Shown here piece after piece: positions 55,090 through 64,000 of a stretch of DNA of 64,000 nt. The stretch lies in the NCBI GenBank assembly GCA_965219095.1, contig CBDCMT010000001.1:1536001-1600000 (forward strand), given 5' to 3'. The stretch comes from Bdellovibrionales bacterium. GTDB taxonomy: Bacteria; Bdellovibrionota; Bdellovibrionia; Bdellovibrionales; UBA1609. A program made the translations under genes and the position numbers. The notes below the pieces were generated by a model, which saw only the letters and a program-made list of their open reading frames with translations, did not search any database and was not told the origin of the DNA. Numbering within the stretch: position 1 is the stretch's first letter; the number at the start of each line of letters is the position of its first letter.

Positions 55090-56499
55090 TACCAATTACA
55101 GAAATTAATTCGACATTTTCATGTTCAAATTTAAAATTTTAAAATTGACTTAAGGAAAAGCTTCAGTTAGGAGATTTTAAAAAAACTTCTTTTGAGGGGA
55201 GGTGAGTTTTCATAAGATATGTTTATTTCAGGTATATCTATTTGTTGTGTGAATCGATTGATGGGTTAAAATAAGTGAAAAAGTGAGGGTAAAATTTAAA
55301 ATGACAAAAATCAGTTAAACAATTTAATTTATAGGTTCAAATTAATTTACAAGCTTGATTCATCTTGTTGTTTTGCCCAAGATCGAGTGCATAATTTTTT
55401 AATCCTGCCCTCCTGATCGCAAAAAGTATTCCAGGCCTCACAACAAGTATTCAGTATATGGTCATAGTTTTTAAAACATGCATTCGATAATTTGATCCTT
55501 CGTAATTGTTGCCAGACTTGTTCCATGGGATTTAATTCTGGACTATAAGGAGGTAAAGGCATCAGGGATAAATTCTTAGGAACTATCAAAGTCTCTGTGG
55601 TATGCCAACTGGCTCTGTCCATTAAAACAATTCCATGATAGTTTTCTTGAATATTTTTAGATATCTCATCTAAGTGAATTTGCATCATCCCTGAATTACA
55701 TTCCGGTAAGATCCAAGCACAGCCTTTATCTCTATCCGGACAAACTGCTCCAAAAATATAAGTGGATAAAAATTGTCTTTGTCTCACAACTCTAGGCCGT
55801 GTGCCTTTTCTTGCCCAAATCCTACTCAAAGAACCTTGCTGAGCTTATTCTGCATTCATCCTGCCACCAAATCTCTATTTTATGAGTCTGAATCTTTTCC
55901 TTTATTTTCTCCACCTCTTCTGGAAAATGTTCCTTAAACTGTTCCATAGCTTCTTGTGAAGTTTTAGGATGAAGAGAACGACCACTGATCCATACAATAT
56001 TAAGACGGTCTAAAGAAACATAAACCCCAGAAAGAGAATAGCAACAGTCAAATTCATCTGCTAAAAGTTCCTGTATTCCCTTTGCTCCTATGCTTCCTCC
56101 TTCTCTCTTGTCTTGAATTTCATCTAACTTGATTTTGAAGTTCTCTTCTTCTGTTACTGGCAAACGAGGCTTGCGTCCTCTGCCTTCTCGATCTATCAAT
56201 CCCTCGTAATCAAAGTCTACAAAAAAAGACTGTAACCAGGATTTGATACTGTGACGGTGATACAAAACCATACCTGCTGTTTCTTGAATCGATTTTCCTT
56301 CTTGCATATGCTGCAAAGCCAATAATTTTGTCTTGATGTTGGCACTTCTTTCTACTTTGTAAGTAGCTAGAAAATTATACCCTTGAATCTGTGTAACTAA
56401 ATCTTTTTTCGACATGACTCTAAAAATTTAACAGAGTTTTATCAAAAAGCCAGGACGCAATGAGTTAAAAAAATGTCGAATTAATTTTTGGAAATGGTA
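55090..56499 (-). mobile_element. IS630 type A element with non-matching flanks
   Basis: Both IRs; flanks TAA and TTA; ORFs 55822-56415 and 55347-55829. Confidence 0.92.
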
Positions 56500-57069
56500 T
56501 TATACACAGGTTTTAGGTTGTTTCTGTGGCCCCGGCCCATTTTACAAGTTTGCAAAAGTTGTTTAGCCTTTTTAAAGAATGTTTGTAAAAGTAACATCAA
56601 AGTCTAAGGGTAAAAAAAGTGTACGGATTGTAGAGTCTGTTTGGCTTAAGGGGAAGTGTGTACAAAAGACCATTCGTTCTATGGGTATTTTTGCAAGCGA
56701 TAAGGAAGTTAAAAAAGCTAAGAAGTTAGCAGAAGAGTTGATCATAGACATTAAGAATCAAAGAGATCCTGTGCTTCTAGGTTGTGAGGAGCTAGTTTAT
56801 GGTAAAAGGCCTAAGGAGAAGAAGAAGAAAGAGAAGAAAAAGCGTGTTGTTTGTGGTATTGAGAAAGTTTTTAATGAGCTTTATGCTGAGTTAGGTTTTG
56901 TAAATTTGATTGAGGGTACAAAGAAAGATTTAGAGTGGAATGATATTTTAAAGCACTGTGTTTTATCAAGAGTTTTTAATCCAGAATCAAAAAGAGGTAG
57001 TGTAGAAACACTTTTTGAAGATTTTAACCGACAGATTCCTTTAGAGAAAGTTTATAGGGCTATGGATCG

Positions 57070-58320
57070 TGATCTTCCCCCAAAAAAGTGGACAGTTTTT
57101 ATGTTCTTAAAGCCCTCCTTTGTTTAAATTCTTTTGGGCTCATGTATTTCAAGGAAGAATGCATTCTTACCTTGTTATACCAATCCATGTAAATTGCAAT
57201 TTTTTTTTCCAACTCTTCCTTTGTTGTACAGTCTTTGTATTCCAGTTCATCCTTCAACGTATGGAAAAAGCTCTCCACAAACGCATTATCATAACAATTT
57301 CCTTTCCTAGACATAGATTGCTTGAGGCCAAAGAATTTCAATTCTTTTCTAAACCCTTCACAACAATATTGAACCCCTTGATCCGAGTGGATTATCAAGC
57401 CCTCTAAGTTCCCAGAAACAGATTGGACTGCGGCTCTCAGAGCCTGTTTTGAATGAACCCCGTCCAAGCTCTCACAGAGCTTCCAAGACTTAATCTCTCG
57501 ATTATAGACATCTAAAAATACAACCAAATACAGAAATTTATCTCTAAAAGGAATATAGGTTAAATCCGAACACCATACCTGGTTTTCTTTTCCTGCTTGG
57601 CTCTGTCCTGTCTTAAACAACCGAGGAGACTTAATCATGAGAGGGTTATTCTTTGTTGTTCTAGGAACATAGGGTTTTTTCTGACGGGCACTGAGATTCT
57701 TTAGTTTCATAATTCGAGCTACTTTGTTTTCTCCAGCACTCACTCCGCAACGCTTTAATTCCCTATACACCCTGGGGGAACCATAACAGCCTTTATTTTT
57801 TTTAAAAATAGATTCTATGTTTTTCTCCAGATTTTTATCCTTTTCAAGCTTTCCCCTGGTTTTTAAAAAACTATAAAAACCAGAACGAGATCCTCTTAAT
57901 AATTCGCAAATGCGAAGCACTGGATGCCCTTTCTCTTTTACATAAAACATAGCCTTAAATCTCATTTCAGGATTTCCTTTGAAAAAAAAGCCGCTGCCTC
58001 TTTCAATATACCTACACTCCGCCTCTCATAGACCAGCTCCTTTTTTAACCTCTTTATTTCCTCCAATGCCGAAGCCAAGTCATGGGAAGCTTGTCTTTCT
58101 ACTTCAGGCTTTAGAAAACGCTTCCAAGAGCTTATCACTTGGAAATTTCTCAGTCCTAGCTTCTCTGAGGCTTCCTTTGCACCTATTTCCTCTGCCAATT
58201 CAATGGCTTGCTTTTTAAACTCTTCCGAGTACTGTTTTACTTTTTCCATTCTTTCTTTTACCTCCATTTTATGGAGACTTTAAGAGAAAATTGACTGTCC
58301 GCAGAAACAGGGGAAGTTCA
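57070..58320 (-). mobile_element. IS3-family element, complete
   Basis: 1251 bp; 3-bp TSD TCG; ORFs 57962-58267 and 57099-57965. Confidence 0.95.
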
Positions 58321-59118
58321 TCGTTTTTATCCTTTTATTGAGACCTCGAAGAAAAAGGTATCTGAGAACACCTTGTCTTTGTTTAACCATGAGGTGGATG
58401 TTTTGCTTTATGATGTGACGACCTTGTATTTTGAGAGCTTCTCAGAGGATGAGATTCGCAGGTTTGGTTTTAGTAAAGATTGTAAATTTAAAGAGACACA
58501 GGTTGTTTTGGCACTTATGACAAACTCACAAGGGCATCCTATAAGCTATGAACTTTTTCCGGGCAATACAAGTGAGGGGGCTACACTGGTAGAGTCTATA
58601 AATAAGCTAAAGACTCGTTTTAATGTAAGAAGAGCTGTTTTAGTAGCTGATAGAGCTATGTTTGTAAGAAAGAATTTAGAGACTATGGATAAGATGGGGA
58701 TAGAGTATGTTGTGGCTGCAAAGTTAAAATCCCTTTCTAGCAAGAAAAAAGAAGAGGTTTTAAGTTATAAAAACTATAAGCCCACCCAAGTGGCTTGTGA
58801 TACATCTCATCTTTTTTGGGTGAAAGAGCTAGAGCATGAAGGAAAAAGATTGATAGTTAGTTATTCGAACAAAAGAGCCAAAAGAGATCAAAATCAAAGA
58901 GAGCGTTTGATCAATCGTTTGATGAAGAAAGTAAGAAACAAGGAGATTCCTGTGAGTCAGTTGATCTCCAATCATGGGACCAAACGTTTTATTAAAGTTG
59001 ACAATGTGAAAGTGAGCATAGATGAGGAGAAAATAGAAAAAGAAGCTTTGTGGGACGGTCTTCACGGAATTATAACAAATGTTCAAAACAAGACAGCCAG
59101 TGAGCTTTTAAGTCGTTA

Positions 59119-60530
59119 TACCAATTACAGAAATTAATTCGACATTTTTATGTTCAAATTTAAAATTTTAAAATTGACTTAAGGAAAAGTTTCAGTTAGG
59201 AGGTTTTAAAAAAACTTCTTTTAAGGTGAGTTTAAGTTTTCATAAGATAAGTTTATTTCAGGTATATCTATTTGTTGTGTAAATCGATTGATGGGTTAAA
59301 ATAAGTGAAAAAGTGAGGGTAAAATTTAAAATGACAAAAATCAGTTAAACAATTTAATTTATAGGTTCAAATTAATTTACAAGCTTGATTCATCTTGTTG
59401 TTTTGCCCAAGATCGAGTGCATAATTTTTTAATCCTGCCCTCCTGATCGCAAAAAGTATTCCAGGCCTCACAACAAGTATTCAGTATATGGTCATAGTTT
59501 TTAAAACATGCATTCGATAATTTGATCCTTCGTAATTGTTGCCAGACTTGTTCCATGGGATTTAATTCTGGACTATAAGGAGGTAAAGGCATCAGGGATA
59601 AATTCTTAGGAACTATCAAAGTCTCTGTGGTATGCCAACTGGCTCTGTCCATTAAAACAATTCCATGATAGTTTTCTTGAATATTTTTAGATATCTCATC
59701 TAAGTGAATTTGCATCATCCCTGAATTACATTCCGGTAAAATCCAAGCACAGCCTTTATCTTTATCCGGACAAACTGCTCCAAAAATATAAGTGGATAAA
59801 AATTGTCTTTGTCTCACAACTCTAGGCCGTGTGCCTTTTCTTGCCCAAATCCTGCTCAAAGAACCTTGCTGAGCTTATTCTGCATTCATCCTGCCACCAA
59901 ATCTCTATTTTATGAGTCTGAATCTTTTCTTTTATTTTCTCCACCTCTTCTGGAAAATGTTCCTTAAACTGTTCCATAGCTTCTTAATGAACTTTTAGGA
60001 TGAAGAGAACGACCACTGATCCATACAATATTAAGGCGGTCTAAAGAAACATAAACCCCAGAAAGAGAATAGCAACAGTCAAATTCATCTGCTAAAAGTT
60101 TCTGTATTTCCTTTGCTCCTATGCTTCCTCCCTCTCTTTTGTCTTGAATTTCATCTAACTTGATTTTGAAGTTCTCCTCTTCTGTCACTGGCAAACGAGG
60201 CTTGCGTCCTCTGCCTTCTCGATCTATCAATCCCTCGTAATCAAAGTCTACAAAAAAAGACTGTAACCAGGATTTGATACTGTGACGGTGATACAAAACC
60301 ATACCTGCTGTTTCTTGAATCGATTTTCCTTCTTGCATATGCTGCAAAGCCAATAATTTTGTCTTGATGTTGGCACTTCTTTCTACTTTGTAAGTAGCCA
60401 GAAAATCATACCCTTGAATCTGTGTAACTAAATCTTTTTTCGACATGACTCTAAAAATTTAACAGAGTTTTATCAAAAAGCCAGGACGCAATGTGTTAAA
60501 AAAATGTCGAATTAATTTTTGGAAATGGTA
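59119..60530 (-). mobile_element. IS630 type A element (1412 bp), frameshifted
   Basis: Both IRs; TTA on both flanks. Confidence 0.93.
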
Positions 60531-61028
60531 TTACAGAGATCTTTGGAGAATAGAAGAGGCTTTTAGAGTGAATAAGACGACGTTAAAGATGAGGCCTGTT
60601 TATCATTGGAAAAAAAGAAGAATAGAAACTCACATTGCCATTTGTTTTTTAGCCTATGCGATCTCTTACACAATGGTTTATAAACTCAAACAAGCAGGAC
60701 TTAATTTAAGCTTTGAAAGAATGAGAAAGATCTTAAAAAGAGATCAGTACAGTATTTTAAAAGAAAAAAAGACGAAAAAACTTTATCGCCTTCCCTCAGG
60801 TTGTACAAAGGAAGTAGAAGAAATTTACAGTGCTTTTTCGCTTAAAAGAAACTCTTTTATGAGCCTCTTTTCCACAACATCTGCTGAATCTGCTGACCTT
60901 TAAAAAACCCTTTCCTGTGGCCCCAAAAATTGTAACTATTTGAAATTATTCACTTGTTGCAGTGTGTTGTGTCGAAGTCAGGAAAAAATAAATCAAAAAT
61001 AAAGATAACTCCTAACTTGGAAGGATAT

Positions 61029-61092
61029 CTTATATCACAGCATTGGAAAACTGACAGAACCTCAGGGAATCCACAGATTCTTTTGAAGAGGC
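61029..61092 (+). repeat. Degenerate ISL3 right end
   Basis: Similar to about 4269-4332. Confidence 0.75.
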
Positions 61093-61177
61093 AAAAACTT
61101 TAGTTGTGCTCTCTAAAAAGAAAAAAGGCTGAAACCAAATTCCAGCCTCTCTTTTTAAGTGTGATAGTTGTGTTGTT

Positions 61178-62011
61178 TTAATCTTCCCAAGAGTTAACAC
61201 CGTAAACATCAGAGGTTTGACCGTTGTCATCTGTAAATTGAACAATGTAAGTACCTCTAAAAACAGAAACAAAATTCTCTTCCTTTTTTACATCATAAGT
61301 GTGACTAACAGCCTTTCGTCCATCTGAATACCAGAAAAAAGTAAAGGTTCCGTCAGTAATTTTCCGATAAAAATATGGAACTTCATAACTTCCATCTTCA
61401 TTAAATCTTATAATTTTAGCATATTCATCAAGGTTTTTTGATTTCGTATATTTACACATAGTTTTTGCATCAGGACTGTACTTCCCATATAAATTACACC
61501 ACATATAAGCTCTACTAGAATTTATATAAAAATCTCTGATCATAAAATCTTGCATTTTCTTGTTAGTAAAATCCCAATAAAGAGAGTACTTTTGACCTTG
61601 AGGATTGATTGTAATTTTGTCAAGATCGATATCAATTAGAGCTTCTTCTTTCACTTCAATAGATTGCGTTGTGCTACTATATATTAAATGATAAATTCCT
61701 TTGTTAAGAGGCACCTCTTTGTTTAATTGTTTTCTTGTTAAGTAATAGCAACTACGTTTTTTGGGAACCTCGAGAGTTCCTTCGCAGGCAAAGATAGCAT
61801 ATTCAGAATCTTGCCCTTCTCCTGGGATGCCATTAACCCTTAAAATCCCTATAGGAGGAGTTACTGCTAAGGGTGAAGCCTCCAGAGAGTGATGTGATTG
61901 TTCTAGTGAAGCTTGTAAAGTTAAGCTCTGAACCCCTTCTTCTACGACGTCTCCATAAGAAAGTCCTCCTAAAGACATCAAAAATAAAAATGTTAGTATT
62001 AGTTTTTTCAT
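61178..62011 (-). CDS. Secreted hypothetical protein
   Basis: Signal peptide, AGGAGG RBS, four Cys; no family recognised. Confidence 0.7.
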   Translation of the reverse strand: MKKLILTFLFLMSLGGLSYGDVVEEGVQSLTLQASLEQSHHSLEASPLAVTPPIGILRVNGIPGEGQDSEYAIFACEGTLEVPKKRSCYYLTRKQLNKEVPLNKGIYHLIYSSTTQSIEVKEEALIDIDLDKITINPQGQKYSLYWDFTNKKMQDFMIRDFYINSSRAYMWCNLYGKYSPDAKTMCKYTKSKNLDEYAKIIRFNEDGSYEVPYFYRKITDGTFTFFWYSDGRKAVSHTYDVKKEENFVSVFRGTYIVQFTDDNGQTSDVYGVNSWED

Positions 62012-62494
62012 AACGTAAAATCCCTCCTTTTCTAATGTTTTTTCGTTATTTTGTTTCCTAAGTCTTATTTTCTAACCTAATAATAAAGGAAAAGACTCCT
62101 ATCCTTTGTTAAAAGCATACCTTGTATGAAAAAAAAAAGAAGAGATAACTTTTTGCGTTATGATTCTTATTTAGGGGTGGTAAAAGGTTTTAAGCTAAAG
62201 TTTAAAAAACACAGTTAAATAAAAGCTATTTATTTTTCTACTTTTTTAAATCTTAAAGTTAATAGGACAAACCAGTAGATTTACTATGCTTAGATGTCCA
62301 TCTCTAGCTTTTCTTATGGTTTTTAATGGCATCTTTGTTTTCTCTTAATTCCTGTGCTTATCATTTCTAATGTCTAGATTTGTAGGTGAACTTTTTTTTA
62401 GTGGGGTCTTTTAAGTGGAGCTTATTTTGTTAATTAAGCCCTACTTAACCTTCATTTTAAAAATAAGAACTGTCAAACAAGAATCTCAAAGAAC

Positions 62495-62578
62495 GTAAGT
62501 TGGTTTCTTAAGGGCCTTTGACTCCTACGAGGAGGATGTTTCTTAGATGCTTTTACCCACAGATTCTTTTGAGGAGGC
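62495..62578 (-). mobile_element. ISL3-IR-derived MITE (partial)
   Basis: Reverse-complement similarity to 34014-34097. Confidence 0.72.
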
Positions 62579-62594
62579 TAAAAAATAAGCTAGT

Positions 62595-62969
62595 ATGAGC
62601 GTAGAAAATGAGATAAGATATTGTTTAGATGCTAATATTTTTAAGAAGCTTGGAACACAATCTATCCTAGAAATATATTTACAACCTTATTATGATAAGT
62701 TGAGCGAAGTTTCTCTTAATGTTATTATTCTTCAAATCATCTTTGATGAAATTCAAGAAGATGAAGAACTCAGAAAGTGGATAGAAGATAACATGTTGCA
62801 GAACAGACCTGTTCAAATAAATGAAGATGTACAGAAAGAAAGTATGACTTTAATGAAGCAATATCAAACAGAACCTACAGGCAAGGGTGCTAGTGTTCTG
62901 ACCAGTAAATTTTTTCACAATTTTCAAGCCTTTAATCCAGGTCATTTTATTAAATTATTTTTATATTAA
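62595..62969 (+). pseudogene. PIN-domain (DUF4411-like) protein, probably C-terminally truncated
   Basis: YCLDANIF and IFDEI...EELRKW motifs; later acidic motifs not evident. Confidence 0.5.
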
Positions 62970-62998
62970 AAAGAATAAAAGTGAAATGTTTAGAGTTA

Positions 62999-63125
62999 TA
63001 CCAATTCCAAAAGTTAATTCTACATTTTCATGTATAAGTTTGGATTTTTACTTCTAGAAATTTATAACTTTTAAGTATGGGTAAAGAGTGTATCAAATTC
63101 ATTGGAAAGATATGATTCTCTAATG
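62999..63125. repeat. Diverged IS630A-type end abutting IS66
   Basis: TTA-TACCAATTCCAAAAGTTAATTCTACATTTTCATG. Confidence 0.65.
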
Positions 63126-64000
63126 GTAACTGCTCACTCTCGTAAGTTTTTATTTAAAGCCATAGAGATGGCTTCTAAAGAAGAATACCCTCTATTTCTC
63201 ATTGTTTTAACATAGCTGGTAATACGACAAAAATATTTCGCCATTTCTTCTGTTCTGAAACACCCTGACACTTTCTTTTTCACTTTAGTCATTCTTAGAT
63301 CTCTTTCAGCTCTGTTATTAGTAGGATCTACGTTCTTTCTTTTAGCAAAGCACAGTATTTCTGCTTCATACTTTTTAAATCGCAGCCAAAGGTTTTGAGC
63401 TTGTGTATGCTTTATTCGTCCTTTCTTGCCATTTTTCTTAGGAAATTCTGGAAGCTCTTTTAAGCCTTTTGTAAGAATACTCCTATACCTTCTCTGAAGA
63501 GTTTCGTACTCTTTTTGAGTCAGAACTCTTGACTCTTTTTTATGAACTAACTCCACAGTCTCTTTAAGAAGTTTTTTGAGATTTGTAGCCCATTTGAATC
63601 CATTGCTTTCTTCTATAAATTTAAGCTCTCTCAAAAGGTGAGCCACACACAAAGCATGAGTTATCTTATCATAACAAAAGTAAGGACTCCAACAATCATG
63701 CACAAGCACTCCTGTATATCTATCCAAGAGACCAATATCTTTTATGGCTTCCCTTCCACCTGAAAGGTGTAGAAACTGCAAGACTAATTCTCCTGAACTA
63801 TAAGTATGAATCCAGTAGTTTTTACCCTTAACCCTCATAGAGGTCTCATCAACATGAATGACCTCTGATTCAAGTATCTTTTCTTTCATCTGCTCTTCCC
63901 AACTTTTAAGAAACTCTCCTAATTCAGCAATGTATCTCAACATAACTGCAGGAGAAATCATTCGACCTATAAGCCCCATGTAATGTTCCCCAACACGCTC
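63126..64000 (-). mobile_element. IS66 element running off the window end
   Basis: IR GTAACTGCTCAC; ORF 63134-63979. Confidence 0.92.

Larger units (their letters stand above)
56503..60982 (+). mobile_element. IS1634-family element, transposase split by IS3 and IS630, left IR missing
   Basis: Pieces 56579-57069, 58324-59118 and 60534-60903 rejoin in frame (551 aa): YDVTTLYFE, FGFSKDCK, VADRAM, WRIEEAFR. Confidence 0.9.

Noticed and set aside
1..64000. Plasmid or prophage origin of the window
   Set aside because: parAB is chromosomal Soj/Spo0J type with a consensus-like parS; housekeeping genes present; no rep or phage genes seen

Overview
Low-GC (roughly one-third G+C by eye) bacterial chromosome segment, most likely from a Bdellovibrionota member. 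That is inferred from a Tad locus with a CpaE-TadA fusion, parA-parB-bactofilin, an sdh set and three PPIase/SurA genes. About half of the 64 kb is insertion-sequence DNA from about 11 families (IS3, two IS630 types, ISL3, two IS256 types, IS5 and IS903 subgroups, IS481, two IS1634 types, IS982, IS110, ISAzo13, IS66), often nested up to three deep, plus several MITE-like derivatives. Core islands: sdhB, sdhA and sdhC (dispersed, with three Cys-rich lipoprotein paralogues between sdhA and sdhC); etfBA-PPIase x3-pgm; rseP-tsaB-rluD; parS-parA-parB-bactofilin enclosed by inverted IS66 composites; and a Tad pilus cluster whose prepilin peptidase is frameshifted in a T9 run and which is not followed by hit-locus (bd0109/bd0108-like) genes. 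Also notable: an IS630 with an apparent 3-bp TTA/TAA target duplication, frameshifts fixed across several IS copies, structured non-coding segments near IS110 relics, a shared promoter+signal-peptide module on secreted proteins, and apparently leaderless housekeeping genes. No rRNA, tRNA or CRISPR array was seen. All calls are by eye, with no database searches.
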